Counted from the stretch's first letter, positions 1-10,360 are shown. The stretch is 64,000 nucleotides of DNA from a virus (IMGVR_UViG_3300034045_000104); one strand, 5' to 3'. The notes: generated by a model not told the origin, from the sequence alone. Numbers and translations are program-made.

Positions 1-240
1 GCCAAAATTAAGCCGATCTTATCAAAAGATTTTAAATCATCGCGTTTCAAATTAGGAATAACTTCAAGTTCATTATCATCAAACCATTGATTTATAGCAC
101 TTTCATCCATGGCAAGAAAACCATCAGGTAAACCGCCTTTGAAATAAGGACACAAAACAGATCGTAAAAAAACCAGTTGCGTTGAATCAGCAAAAGTAAT
201 TTCACCAATATTAAATTCTTTAGAAAATGGATTAGACATA
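1..240 (-). CDS. hypothetical protein (5' end inside window, 3' part runs off left edge); paralog of 12679-13068 product
   Basis: Reverse-strand translation from ATG at 240 gives MSNPFSKEFNIGEITF...LCPYFKGGLPDGFLAMDESAINQWFDDNELEVIPNL. It shares the YF[KR]GGLP[DE]..(7)..I[NDQ]W[FY][DE]D..(4)..IPNL block with ORF 12679-13068. Confidence 0.4.
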
Positions 241-383
241 ATAGACCTCTATATTATTTGTATAAAACATTATAACTATGCTCTAAAATAGCACTACCAA
301 GGAGAAATCACATAGCCTAAGTTACGCACTGGCAACAACCCCAGTAAAATACAGATTGAACGCCACTCAATCCCAGACCCCGC

Positions 384-758
384 CTAGAACTTCTCACCAT
401 CAAACATAATAGACCGATTACCACAATCACTAGCTGTAATTTCATCAGGCATCTGCAAACCAGCTTTTTCTATTTCTTTCTTTAACGAAAAGTACTCCAG
501 ATAGATTCCAGAGCGATATAAGACCCTTGCAGCTAACAAACAAGACAATGATGGCACCTTGGCCATGAAGTAGAACAACGCTGCTTTCTTAGCTGCTAAC
601 AGCCCACTCAGGTTGTTGCTGTAATTACCATGATGGGCATATGGATAGGTTTTATCTAATGGATTATTATCCTTTAATACAATACCATCACTATTGGTGC
701 AAACTTTGATTTCAAAACCAAGATAGGTTTGAGATTTGATTTCATCATTCTTATTCAA
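384..758 (-). CDS. hypothetical protein
   Basis: 124-aa ORF in the ORF track with no recognisable motif. It lies in the co-directional gene array. Confidence 0.35.
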   Translation of the reverse strand: MNKNDEIKSQTYLGFEIKVCTNSDGIVLKDNNPLDKTYPYAHHGNYSNNLSGLLAAKKAALFYFMAKVPSLSCLLAARVLYRSGIYLEYFSLKKEIEKAGLQMPDEITASDCGNRSIMFDGEKF

Positions 759-812
759 TTTAATTCTCCAATACTGTTAATTATCATATAATAGCTCTGC
801 GAGAAAACCTGC

Positions 813-1169
813 TTACTTATGCCAATATAATCCCATACCGAAAAATATACTTGCTTCATTGGCATCATAAAAATCCGCAACACACACATCAAGACCATCA
901 TTAACTCGCTTATACATGCCAATATAGTCCACAACATCTGTTTCTAACGCTTGGCCACAATCAAGACCATCATCTTTAATCGCTCGAAGAGAATAGGGCG
1001 AACCTTTTTTAGCCGCACAATCATTGAGTATTTCAATACATTTAAAAAATTTCTTATTCACTAAAACAGGGGTATAAATGTCTTTAATTTCTGCTATTGC
1101 ATCCCGCAATTCAACTTTACTTAAGTTGTGCTTAACAATTCCTTCAGATGCTGGCGCAAAACCACTCAA
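813..1169 (-). CDS. hypothetical protein; ORF is in frame with a 33-codon upstream ORF (1277-1176) across a TAA at 1175-1173
   Basis: I back-translated 1141-1290 by hand. It reads ATG(1277) MKNYKNVISIGAGCIKTELTYCASACINPCNRWM, then TAA, then SLSGFAPASEGIV continuing in the same frame. The track start at 1169 is a TTG. Confidence 0.35.
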   Translation of the reverse strand: MSGFAPASEGIVKHNLSKVELRDAIAEIKDIYTPVLVNKKFFKCIEILNDCAAKKGSPYSLRAIKDDGLDCGQALETDVVDYIGMYKRVNDGLDVCVADFYDANEASIFFGMGLYWHK

Positions 1170-1320
1170 GCTTTACATCCATCGATTGCACGGATTAATG
1201 CAAGCACTGGCACAATAGGTCAATTCAGTCTTAATACAGCCAGCACCTATGCTGATTACATTTTTATAATTTTTCATAATATATGCTCTTGTTTTAATAT
1301 ATTCGCATTTTAGCTAGACG

Positions 1321-1356
1321 AGAAAAAACCACTGATCTGTAAAAATCAGTGGTTTA
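1321..1356 (-). terminator. rho-independent terminator downstream of RNR gene
   Basis: 10-bp perfect stem aaccactgat/atcagtggtt with an 8-nt loop. The minus-strand transcript reads hairpin followed by TTTTTTCTC. Confidence 0.6.
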
Positions 1357-1370
1357 ATTTTAGTAGCTAA

Positions 1371-3320
1371 TCAAATCTCGCAAGAGTCATTTGAACAGAA
1401 TCGGCTCTCATAACCATCAGAACCAGTAAAAGAACTCCAATCAATATGACCCAATGCTTTTTTGCGCTTGTCATACTCTGCTTTATCGATTCGTGAATAT
1501 GGCATTTGAGGATATTCGCCCTCATCGCTATGGGGCAACATGCTTACTGACTTAATTAAAGGTGCGAACTGAGCCAACATTCTTTCAACTTGCGGTCCTT
1601 CTTTTACCTTATCGAAGTAAACAGTACATGACACCATATTATCTGACCATTCTCTTTGAAGCTGTGCAAGTAATGCAAACTGCTCCCAAGCACTGACATC
1701 CGAAGCCTGTCGAGTATCACCTTGATCAATAGGAAACTCAAATACTTGAGTATTAGTACTAACAACATCAGGCTCATTTGGAACCCCTGCATCCATAAGG
1801 ACTTTACAAATCGGACTGTTTTGTGCAACTCGCATGCGTCTAATGGCATATTTAAAAGTCGGATAATGAAGCCCCGAAGAATTTCCTGAAAGCAAACTAA
1901 TCGTGCCTGAAGGTTTAACTGTAGTTACTCTAATCGAGGCAGGCACACCAGCCTCAGCAGCTAATTGTGCATTTATACGTCTAACCAACTTATAACCCTT
2001 TCTTAATCTTTTGGTTAACTCAGCTGCGCTTATAGTGACAAGATAATCAGCAATGCCCGACAAGCTTACGCCAATCCGTCTGTTTCTAGCAATAACAGCA
2101 TTAGTTTCTGCCCTATGACATGGTAACAAAGCAACAGTTGATGAATAATAGGTTGCAAACTCGATTGCCTTATAAAATATTTCCTCAGATTCACATCTTG
2201 TAGGAAAAACCTCAGCCAAATTACACAACTCCTTGTTCTCCAGACCAATCTCACCACACGGATTACATAAAGTAGCCTTATCAGGCATTTCCTGACCATA
2301 ACGGCCATATTTTTGCATATTGATTAAATTGCAAATTCCAGGCTCACCATTATCAACAATCCTTTTAGCTATTTTATCCAATCCTTCAAAATGTTCTGGT
2401 TTAGATAAAATGGCGGTATTATTACTAGTCCAGCCATAATTCATCCTCTCAGGATTGATTTCATAGTTTTTTAAATTTAGGAAAGTTTCATCATCTGGAC
2501 TGCCCAAACATATTTCTGCGCTTCTTCGTACCCCGCCAGAAATGATCATTACACCAACTTTATTACAGATATCTGCAGTAGTTCTAGATGCATCATATTT
2601 GCCCGTGCTGTAATCATCTAATGATTTTTCAATAGAAATATGGCAGTCAATCAATGGCTGAGGCCCACTCGCAATTCCACCAAATCCCTTAATAGGAGCA
2701 CCATAGGGCCTTATTGCAGAATAATCAAATTTATACCAGTCACCATGCTTTGTATAGCTCTCAATTAGCAACCTTACACTCTCAACCCAACCCTCTCTAG
2801 AATCAGGAATAACAAAGTCAATAGGCTTAGTTTTATCAACAGGATTAACCTCGCCTCGCCACGCTAAATTGAATCCTACACCGACCCCACACATAAGTCC
2901 ATCGCACAACCAATCTACTGCATCACTCAAGTCAGTAGTATCTACAGCCCCACAATTATTAAGAGCCATACTGCCTTTTTTATAAACCATCTCGGTACCC
3001 ATGGAATATAATCCGCGACCTGGTGGCAAGAACTCCATCCTAAACATTGAGGTTGCAAGTGCGCGAGCAAATGATTGCTTTTCACTATCAACAAATCCCA
3101 AGCCATTATTAAGATAATGATTTTTACGAATGGACATAACACCTTCGACAACTCTAATTATGGTATCTGCCCAACATTCCTGACCACCATCACTCCTTAA
3201 GCGGCTGTAGGTTCTATAATAAGTTGCCTCTCCAAAACCATCAAACCCAAATTTTACTTTTAGGCTATGCAAATATTCTTTTGTCTCATCTGACAATTTA
3301 AATCTGTGTTTAACTAACAT
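1371..3320 (-). CDS. nrdA: ribonucleotide reductase large (catalytic) subunit, class I alpha-like, no ATP-cone
   Basis: Carries the catalytic NxCxE motif (LCNPCGEIGLE) and a C-terminal redox cysteine pair (FCSNDSCEI, compare E. coli NrdA ...CESGACKI). FLPPGRGLY and glycine-rich blocks are typical of RNR alpha. A small-subunit gene is present at 46922-48106. Confidence 0.85.
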   Translation of the reverse strand: MLVKHRFKLSDETKEYLHSLKVKFGFDGFGEATYYRTYSRLRSDGGQECWADTIIRVVEGVMSIRKNHYLNNGLGFVDSEKQSFARALATSMFRMEFLPPGRGLYSMGTEMVYKKGSMALNNCGAVDTTDLSDAVDWLCDGLMCGVGVGFNLAWRGEVNPVDKTKPIDFVIPDSREGWVESVRLLIESYTKHGDWYKFDYSAIRPYGAPIKGFGGIASGPQPLIDCHISIEKSLDDYSTGKYDASRTTADICNKVGVMIISGGVRRSAEICLGSPDDETFLNLKNYEINPERMNYGWTSNNTAILSKPEHFEGLDKIAKRIVDNGEPGICNLINMQKYGRYGQEMPDKATLCNPCGEIGLENKELCNLAEVFPTRCESEEIFYKAIEFATYYSSTVALLPCHRAETNAVIARNRRIGVSLSGIADYLVTISAAELTKRLRKGYKLVRRINAQLAAEAGVPASIRVTTVKPSGTISLLSGNSSGLHYPTFKYAIRRMRVAQNSPICKVLMDAGVPNEPDVVSTNTQVFEFPIDQGDTRQASDVSAWEQFALLAQLQREWSDNMVSCTVYFDKVKEGPQVERMLAQFAPLIKSVSMLPHSDEGEYPQMPYSRIDKAEYDKRKKALGHIDWSSFTGSDGYESRFCSNDSCEI

Positions 3321-3384
3321 AATTATTTCCTCTAAATTAACAATCCATCATAAACCAACTACAAATTCACAGTAATGAGCCCGA

Positions 3385-3822
3385 CTACAAACGCTCAATA
3401 CAGCTCAAGCCATCGCTTTCACTCTTTAACCACGAATAAATCCCACCCCATTCATTAGCCCTCACTTTAAATAATTCTAAGTAACCATCTGAACTACACC
3501 TCTCAATATGCACCGCCCACCTACTTTTGCTTACCACACCATAAAACATCACCTCATCATCCTTGTGGGCCCGATATACAAACCCACAAAGCTTCATGGC
3601 AACTGACACCATAGCTTTACCTTGTTTAAAATCATTCTTAAGTAAGTAATCAGACACGAATTTCAATCTATCGACAAAATCCAACTCCATAAACACAGCA
3701 TTAAACGATTCATCGCCGCCATGTTCAAAGGTATGAACCAAATCAGAATAAAAATCTATTGGGAACTCAAAGCCACCCGATTCAACTCTGTTTTTGACAT
3801 CCAAGGTACTCACGCCGCGCAC
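3385..3822 (-). CDS. hypothetical protein
   Basis: 145-aa ORF with no family recognised. Confidence 0.35.
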   Translation of the reverse strand: MRGVSTLDVKNRVESGGFEFPIDFYSDLVHTFEHGGDESFNAVFMELDFVDRLKFVSDYLLKNDFKQGKAMVSVAMKLCGFVYRAHKDDEVMFYGVVSKSRWAVHIERCSSDGYLELFKVRANEWGGIYSWLKSESDGLSCIERL

Positions 3823-4109
3823 CTGTCAACATAAGTACTAGAATGAACACTTGGAGTGAATGATTTGGTCAAATAATTCGCTTGTTCTAGCTCGCTCAAT
3901 TCGTCTTCAGGAATGATCTGATAATCATAAACATCATCACTACTGAAAGTGAATCTTTTGGTGCCGTCACCGTTTTCGATATATTCATATTCATTTATAT
4001 CGGCTATTAAATCATTTCTGACATAGTGCGGTCCGTTATACATAGGCAAACGCATGATTTCGTTTGAAGGGGAGAGAACATAAAAAGCACTAGCCATAAC
4101 AATCACCAA
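3810..4109 (-). CDS. hypothetical acidic protein
   Basis: 99-aa ORF that overlaps the downstream gene by 13 bp, suggesting translational coupling. Confidence 0.35.
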   Translation of the reverse strand: MVIVMASAFYVLSPSNEIMRLPMYNGPHYVRNDLIADINEYEYIENGDGTKRFTFSSDDVYDYQIIPEDELSELEQANYLTKSFTPSVHSSTYVDRCAA

Positions 4110-4151
4110 ATTTAATAAGATGAAATATTATAGCTTTGCTCAGATTTGAGT

Positions 4152-5069
4152 TTATGCACCAACCAAAACAGGCGGAAGCCATTTATATATGAATTTACGT
4201 GGAATTTGCGTTTCGGTTTTTGAACCAGTCCAATATCCATGCCAATGAGCTTTGCGCACATGTGCTCTTTTTGTATGGGGTAAGGAATGTTTAGTCCCTG
4301 TACCGAGATTATTTTTAATTATTTGACCGATACCATCCCCAACATTATAGACAATAGGTTTTGGTGCTGGGAAAAATCTAAGACCTTTTTTGGTCTTTTT
4401 AGCAGCTGGCACCGATGGCTGTAAAGGCCCATAATCAGGCTCTTCACTGCACAAATACAGCACAAGATTCACCAACTGATTAATATCATGCGAGGATTGT
4501 TCTATGAAAGAAGAGGGCGCCTTGAAGGTTCCTTGGCTATTTTTAGATGCAATTCTAGAATATTTTTCAATGGCTTCAGTTATTGTCCAATCACCCAAAT
4601 GAATAACAGCAGTTGTTAGGGCGTCATAACTACCATCATCAATTAGAAAACGCAGCTCTATGCTGCCATTGTTCATATCTTGTTCGATGAAGACAAAAAA
4701 ACCAACAGCCTCTCGATTTAGGTAATTGAACTCGTGGGGGATATAGCAGCACCAATGCGGCAATCTGGTTAAAACATCACAGGGTAAGGCACCAGAAAAA
4801 GGGGTTTTAATCAATTCATTTTTAAGAATATCATCAAATTTGAATATGCCTTGAGTCATGCGCCAAGAGCCCAGGCCTGCAAGTTTACCTGCTTCACCAA
4901 TATCATCAAGTGTTGGATTATTTCCGCCACTAGCAATAGCAATCCAACCAGCAATTGGCAAAAAACAAAAGGGTTCCCAGTGCGGCATATCTGGATCACA
5001 GCGAAAACCTTCTGCTTGTTTCCAAGCATCAGGAAACCTCTTTTTTGCCTGTACTATGTATTCAATCAT
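4152..5069 (-). CDS. hypothetical protein
   Basis: 305-aa ORF with no recognisable motifs. Opposite-strand ORFs 4851-5099 and 4858-5073 are probably spurious. Confidence 0.45.
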   Translation of the reverse strand: MIEYIVQAKKRFPDAWKQAEGFRCDPDMPHWEPFCFLPIAGWIAIASGGNNPTLDDIGEAGKLAGLGSWRMTQGIFKFDDILKNELIKTPFSGALPCDVLTRLPHWCCYIPHEFNYLNREAVGFFVFIEQDMNNGSIELRFLIDDGSYDALTTAVIHLGDWTITEAIEKYSRIASKNSQGTFKAPSSFIEQSSHDINQLVNLVLYLCSEEPDYGPLQPSVPAAKKTKKGLRFFPAPKPIVYNVGDGIGQIIKNNLGTGTKHSLPHTKRAHVRKAHWHGYWTGSKTETQIPRKFIYKWLPPVLVGA

Positions 5070-5073
5070 CTGA

Positions 5074-5541
5074 TTAATTTAAAAATAAACTATTATTAAC
5101 CAGAGCTCTTTTATTATCAAGCCTTTGCGCTGCAGTAATAAGCCCACTTGATGAAATTGATTTCAGTTTCATTTCATTTCTATTACGTACAACAATCCTA
5201 TCAATATGCTTATTGATGTAGCCAGTCATGTCAATTGATTGTATATCACTAACATAGCAAGCAGATTTGTCTTCCAACGGATAACCAGCCTTTTCAAAAT
5301 TAACATGCATTGGTACAAATCCCGGTGGTAAAACCTGCATGCAGTCATGCCCAGAATCATCCCAATGAATATTAGTTATGGGCTTTAAGGCATTTTCTAC
5401 TTCCGTTTCGGAATTAAAAAAACCAATACGTTCATCCAAACACAACACCCATTTACTTGTATCATTGGCAGTTCTAAATGCCTGACAATGTTTATTTGTT
5501 AAACTCTTACTGTCACAGCCATTGTTTATTATTTTCATCAC
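5074..5541 (-). CDS. hypothetical protein
   Basis: 155-aa ORF tightly packed after the upstream gene. Confidence 0.4.
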   Translation of the reverse strand: MMKIINNGCDSKSLTNKHCQAFRTANDTSKWVLCLDERIGFFNSETEVENALKPITNIHWDDSGHDCMQVLPPGFVPMHVNFEKAGYPLEDKSACYVSDIQSIDMTGYINKHIDRIVVRNRNEMKLKSISSSGLITAAQRLDNKRALVNNSLFLN

Positions 5542-5547
5542 CGCCTC

Positions 5548-5760
5548 CTAATGCATAGTTACACTTGAGCGTTCAATGATCTGAACACCTGACAAATGAG
5601 GATTAACCAAATTCTTTTTCTGCAATCGACACTGGCCTTTATTCTCTCCCTTGTACTCACTGTAACCAACAAAATCAGTCACAGTTTCGCCAGTAACCAC
5701 CATCACCATTTTATTTGATAGCAGTCGCGTGCCAATCGTTATTTCATTTTCAATGTTCAT
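5548..5760 (-). CDS. hypothetical protein
   Basis: 70-aa ORF. Confidence 0.3.
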   Translation of the reverse strand: MNIENEITIGTRLLSNKMVMVVTGETVTDFVGYSEYKGENKGQCRLQKKNLVNPHLSGVQIIERSSVTMH

Positions 5761-5966
5761 TATTTACCTCTAATCCCATTACGTCTCTGATTATACGATG
5801 ACGAAAATCCCCTGGGCACAGGCACTGACCTTGATAACGATTTTACGCCCTTGCTAACACCAAATAACTTAACAGGTTTACACAACTTAACCAATTCACT
5901 AAAATCATACCTGTAATTATAAATATAAGCAGTAGACATCAAACCAATACAAATAGAATTCCTCAT
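5760..5966 (-). CDS. hypothetical basic protein
   Basis: 68-aa ORF. The conserved TATAATGGGTTTT-type motif sits about 25 bp upstream on the minus strand. Confidence 0.3.
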   Translation of the reverse strand: MRNSICIGLMSTAYIYNYRYDFSELVKLCKPVKLFGVSKGVKSLSRSVPVPRGFSSSYNQRRNGIRGK

Positions 5967-5988
5967 TGCAAAACCTCAATTTCATCAT

Positions 5989-6004
5989 AAAAACCCATTA
6001 TAGG
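5989..6004 (-). promoter_or_regulatory. conserved -10-like promoter motif (minus strand TATAATGGGTTTTT)
   Basis: Plus-strand aaaaacccattatagg. Near-identical copies occur at 61644-61660 and 63485-63500, with a related copy at 22665-22678. All lie just upstream of minus-strand gene starts. Confidence 0.4.
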
Positions 6005-6169
6005 TGTGCTAAATATTTAGTTAATTGAAACATTAATTTCAGACAAATGCTTATCAAGATTGGCAGACTCTTTTTTAAGTTCTTTATTTGTTGTAGAGCT
6101 ACAATCAGTGAGTATTTTTGTAAACTCTCTAACATTACAAATAAATCCAACAATTTAATGTGGCTAAAA

Positions 6170-8497
6170 TTATTGTGAAATCACTCCAAGTATTGTTTTT
6201 CGCTCCAAGACTTCATGTTGAGTACAGGCTCTTTTAAACGCAGCTTCTTCCCCCACAATATATGCCATTTGCCGTCCTCTAGTAAGCGATGTGTACATTA
6301 AACAGCTAGACAACATCTTAAAAAAACTCATACTTAAAGGAAGCAAAATTGATAAAAATCCAGAGCCTTGCGATTTATGGCAAGTGATTACGTGGCCCAA
6401 TGTTAGCATACTTTCAATGTCAGATTTGTCATATCTGACAACCACTTCTTCGGCCGGATAATACGCCCATAATTTGAACTCATCTATATCAACTTTAATA
6501 ACAGCACCAAGATATCCGTTGAATATTCTCTTTTTAGAATCATCAGGTACTTCTCTATTTGGTTCCTTGTTAAACTCATCAATTGACATAACAGGCATAT
6601 TAAAATTCTTTGTGTGTAAAACCTTATCCATCTTTTTAAAAAGAACCGTATTACCCATTGAATTAACAGAAAGTGCTACGCCTCCTGGGTTCAATGTATT
6701 CTGAATGGTTTGATTTAAATTATCCACTCCCAAAATACCTTTTTTCATTGGAACTATGACTTGAGTAGAATATAGAAACTTCTGAAAATCTCCTTTTTCA
6801 AATGCATCATTGAGCATCCCTTTTTTATTTTCAAATGCTTTTGCTACATGTAAGCAAATACGCATATTGTTATCATTTCTCTGATTAGCTCTAACGTCCT
6901 TATCTCTGGATGGATTATTAATATTAAATGGCGCAAATGCAAAATCAGCATGTCTTGTATGATATTCAGGCACTTGGCCATTTCTTATCTTTTCTGCGTG
7001 TAGGGCGATCACTGAGTTCTCAGACTGTCTGTGGATCGTTTTAAGTTCAAGCACTGGCACTAACTTATTTTTTATAACGTCAATAAACACAGCGCCTGCA
7101 GCAAGGGCGGGTAATTGAGATGGGTCCCCGACCAACACCAATCGCGCATCGGGATGAAGCTTACGCAATAACCGAGCAAATAAAACACTGTCCAACATAC
7201 TGCACTCGTCAATTACTAAAACTTTAAAAGGAATGGTAGCTTCCTGCTTATATTTAACAAGTATAGACATAATTGTACCACCATCAAAACCACTTGCATT
7301 TTTAATCTTATCAGCAGCAATACCAGATAACGCAGTAACATATACCGAATCACGCGTGTAATAAGTTGAAAGAAGCTCCAATATACCCCTGGTAGTAAAA
7401 GTCTTACCGGTTCCTGCATAACCCACAAGCGCCATTATTTTGCGCTCATTTATAGCACGTATAGCACGCACCTGATGAGAGTCATATTTATGCCCAGCTT
7501 TCTTTTCAAGACCAGCAATAAAATTATTCATTTTCTTTTCATTAAGCACAGGGAATATCATTTCATTACTGCGACTATTGAAAAACTCATATAAAAACAT
7601 TTCAGCATCATACAAACTTTTAAGACAATACATGTCGGCATTAAGACAGACAATCTTTTTTGTGTTTATCAATTTCTTAAGCGCAGCTTGGTAATCAAAA
7701 CAATCCCTTGATGTCGTGCCTTTTGCAAATCGAATTAATAAATCATCAAGAATCTTATAGAGATCTATTTTAGATACGATACTGTGCCCGTGCTCTTGAC
7801 CAATCTGCTTAAGGCCATATATGACAGCACTGGAAATTCTAAAGATGGAATTAGGTTCAACCATTCCAGACTCCAAGGCTACTTCATCCAAGCCAATAAA
7901 GCCAATTCCACGAACATCGGTCAATAGATAAATGTTTTCATTAATCCTTCTAGCAATCCCTTCAATATCCTCTAGATAGTGCATATAGACGTTATTAACC
8001 TGGATTGGGGAAAAGCCCAGGGGTAAAAGTAGTTCGGAAATCTCTCTCATAGCAATATGCCTGTGCCATGAAGCGCATATAGTGGCCACCAAGGCTTTGT
8101 TAAATCCTTTCACATGCAAAAGCTCGTGAGGGCGATTTGCTATCATATCAGCAATTTTATCAGCACCAAAATGATCTAATAAGTACAAAGTCTTTTTGGG
8201 CCCCAAACCTGTCACAACCTTGGTTAGAAAATAAAATATTGTGTCAGAACCAACAATCTCAATGGTTTGAATTTGTATTTGTAAATCTTTTGTTTTTTTA
8301 TTTTCAACCCAGTGGCCAGTGACAGAAACATTCTCACCTTTTACCTTGTCAATGTTGCCAAGAGTGTGTTGGCCAAGAATAACCGTACCATTTTTAAGTT
8401 TCAAAATAGCAAAGTTATCTTTTTTATAAATAATGGTTTCAACAACCCCTTTTTGTTTAACTGTTTTACCCATGCTTGATTTTATATTTTCAGACAT
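6170..8497 (-). CDS. recD2: RecD2-type ATP-dependent DNA helicase (SF1B, RecD-like) with N-terminal OB/HhH region
   Basis: Walker A GYAGTGKTF, Walker B LVIDECSML, motif LVGDPSQLPAL and TCHKSQGSGF are present. The N-terminal helix-hairpin-helix block ENIYLLTDVRGIGFIGLDEVA matches the RecD2 ENPYRL..DVxGIGFKTAD signature. Confidence 0.85.
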   Translation of the reverse strand: MSENIKSSMGKTVKQKGVVETIIYKKDNFAILKLKNGTVILGQHTLGNIDKVKGENVSVTGHWVENKKTKDLQIQIQTIEIVGSDTIFYFLTKVVTGLGPKKTLYLLDHFGADKIADMIANRPHELLHVKGFNKALVATICASWHRHIAMREISELLLPLGFSPIQVNNVYMHYLEDIEGIARRINENIYLLTDVRGIGFIGLDEVALESGMVEPNSIFRISSAVIYGLKQIGQEHGHSIVSKIDLYKILDDLLIRFAKGTTSRDCFDYQAALKKLINTKKIVCLNADMYCLKSLYDAEMFLYEFFNSRSNEMIFPVLNEKKMNNFIAGLEKKAGHKYDSHQVRAIRAINERKIMALVGYAGTGKTFTTRGILELLSTYYTRDSVYVTALSGIAADKIKNASGFDGGTIMSILVKYKQEATIPFKVLVIDECSMLDSVLFARLLRKLHPDARLVLVGDPSQLPALAAGAVFIDVIKNKLVPVLELKTIHRQSENSVIALHAEKIRNGQVPEYHTRHADFAFAPFNINNPSRDKDVRANQRNDNNMRICLHVAKAFENKKGMLNDAFEKGDFQKFLYSTQVIVPMKKGILGVDNLNQTIQNTLNPGGVALSVNSMGNTVLFKKMDKVLHTKNFNMPVMSIDEFNKEPNREVPDDSKKRIFNGYLGAVIKVDIDEFKLWAYYPAEEVVVRYDKSDIESMLTLGHVITCHKSQGSGFLSILLPLSMSFFKMLSSCLMYTSLTRGRQMAYIVGEEAAFKRACTQHEVLERKTILGVISQ

Positions 8498-8499
8498 AT

Positions 8500-8628
8500 C
8501 TCATTAACCCATTAAAGATGAAACAACCATTACCAATACACTTACAATAATGCAAACAGCAAACAGATCACTTTCAATCGCATCCACTATACCAAACATC
8601 AATTTACCAACCAAATTTAAAGTTTTCA
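8500..8628 (-). CDS. possible small membrane protein (42 aa), below ORF-track cutoff
   Basis: Reverse translation gives MKTLNLVGKLMFGIVDAIESDLFAVCIIVSVLVMVVSSLMG*, hydrophobic, immediately downstream of recD2. Confidence 0.2.
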
Positions 8629-8744
8629 TTCTAACCACCTTCAAAATTAACATTGAATAATTATAGACAGGCTCACATACCAAGGAACATCAATTGAAAT
8701 CACTCCACAAATAAACCTTATCAAAACCATAACCCCTTCAACAG

Positions 8745-9101
8745 TTAAAAAACAACGCTTAGAGAAACCCCGTTACTATCCTCAGGCGTTGTATAACGTG
8801 TAAACAGACCATTTCTTTTCGCCACATTCTCTTTAACCACGTTTGGCGTATAGAACATCACATGTTGAGAACTTACTAGATTTGTATATTGAAAAGAACT
8901 ATCAATACATTCATTATCTTCATTTCTAAATAAAAAATAACAAGCTTTCAATACACCACCATACTTATCAATATGGCACTCAATTCTCAATGGCAAGGAT
9001 TCCTTTGCCCAACGCGCATTAACACGCTCAACACCTTTTAAACTTCTCTTATATAGCTCATCGCTCTTGATTGATTCCAAAGTATTCATAACAATTCTCA
9101 T
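8745..9101 (-). CDS. hypothetical protein
   Basis: 118-aa ORF. Confidence 0.35.
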   Translation of the reverse strand: MRIVMNTLESIKSDELYKRSLKGVERVNARWAKESLPLRIECHIDKYGGVLKACYFLFRNEDNECIDSSFQYTNLVSSQHVMFYTPNVVKENVAKRNGLFTRYTTPEDSNGVSLSVVF

Positions 9102-9148
9102 TTTGTATTGTTAATTTTAAGCATGCTAAAGTTCCAACAAAGCATCAA

Positions 9149-9523
9149 TTAGATGCCGCCATTCTGGTAAAACTCAAAGTTTTTAAAACCCTCAGTCCAC
9201 CAATCAAATTCCTTTGAGCCTTTCTCAAAAGGACAACTTTTATCCATATAGTTGCCATCTGCAACCATCGCTCCTTTACCTCTATAATAGACAGCCTGCA
9301 CATCGATGTTTTCATTTAGAAAATCAACAAGCAACTCAGGCTTACCAAATTCAATTCCGTGATTCATTTTTATCGCCTTAAAAACCGCGACAGCCAAAGA
9401 GCAGGGGATAGCGCCATCATTATCACAAATCCATCTTCCTTTACCGTTACAAGCAATTAGATAATTATGGGGCATTAATCTTAATGTTTCACTTGACTCA
9501 TCATATTTTATAAATACTGCCAT
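9149..9523 (-). CDS. hypothetical protein
   Basis: 124-aa ORF. Confidence 0.35.
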   Translation of the reverse strand: MAVFIKYDESSETLRLMPHNYLIACNGKGRWICDNDGAIPCSLAVAVFKAIKMNHGIEFGKPELLVDFLNENIDVQAVYYRGKGAMVADGNYMDKSCPFEKGSKEFDWWTEGFKNFEFYQNGGI

Positions 9524-9575
9524 TTTGTAACCTCTTCAATTTATTATAATGAATTATAATTTAGCTAGAAATCCC

Positions 9576-9604
9576 AAAAAAAAAGGGTGCTAAAAACACC
9601 CTTT
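9576..9604. terminator. bidirectional rho-independent terminator
   Basis: A9 run, then hairpin gggtgctaaaaacaccc, then tttt. It lies downstream of minus-strand gene 9626-9964. Confidence 0.5.
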
Positions 9605-9625
9605 TAAGCTTTAGTATTTCAGGAA

Positions 9626-9964
9626 TTAGGCATCAGCGGGTAAATAGAAAGCAGCAAATTCGTATGTTTCACCACAATACTTGCCATCAACACTAGGATA
9701 AATAGCATCATTCCAGACTTTAAAGCTATGGAACACAGTCCTATAATCCGACTCTTTTCCCCCATCCATTACCTTGAAATCATCCTTAAAATCAAGTCCA
9801 GTAGAAGCATCAATATCGATATAATTAATAGAATTTTCTGAAATTAGCTTTTGCGCAGCTTTAATGCGCTTGATTTGGTCTTTACTTAGGTCAAATTCAA
9901 TATGCGTGATATCAAGATTTTCACCAGTTTCAAGATTTAAATTGTATTTCATGTGTTTCACCAT
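9626..9964 (-). CDS. hypothetical protein
   Basis: 112-aa ORF. Confidence 0.35.
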   Translation of the reverse strand: MVKHMKYNLNLETGENLDITHIEFDLSKDQIKRIKAAQKLISENSINYIDIDASTGLDFKDDFKVMDGGKESDYRTVFHSFKVWNDAIYPSVDGKYCGETYEFAAFYLPADA

Positions 9965-10005
9965 AGTTATTAGATTGATATATTTTAGTCCAACTCGATT
10001 TACGA

Positions 10006-10320
10006 CTATTGAGAATTGCGCATACCCTCAAACCAAACATCCAACCATTTTTCCCCATTTTTAGGGTTCGCATAATTAGCCACGGTTTCACAATCATCGA
10101 CCATCAAAGTGATGTAAGCAGCACCAACAACATGACCTTCAGAATTACTAAACCTAAGCTCACACTCATCAACTGATTCTATGGCCTCATGTATCTCTGA
10201 TTTCTTTTTAGAGCGAATAACCGCCCAATCTTCAGTATCGAACACAGAAACAAAAAAGCCCATTTTATCAATGGCATATTTTACTAGCGATTTGTATGCT
10301 TTCATTACATTTGACTCCAA
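10006..10320 (-). CDS. hypothetical protein
   Basis: 104-aa ORF. Confidence 0.35.
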   Translation of the reverse strand: MESNVMKAYKSLVKYAIDKMGFFVSVFDTEDWAVIRSKKKSEIHEAIESVDECELRFSNSEGHVVGAAYITLMVDDCETVANYANPKNGEKWLDVWFEGMRNSQ

Positions 10321-10360
10321 TTTGATTAATACTACATTCTAGGGTAACTACAAATACAGT

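Noticed and set aside
300-383. GC-richer 80-bp stretch downstream of ORF 384-758 as a possible ncRNA
   Set aside because: No stable structure or conserved motif is evident. It is probably just a 3' UTR or spacer.
1128-1313. Opposite-strand ORFs 1128-1313, 4851-5099, 4858-5073, 6474-6704, 7216-7428, 8137-8322, 11364-11846, 14042-14266, 21172-21378, 39313-39969, 41457-41798, 44043-44729, 47237-48064 and similar
   Set aside because: They are short, lie antisense to or overlap well-supported genes, and show low-complexity translations. They are best explained as shadow ORFs in AT-rich DNA.
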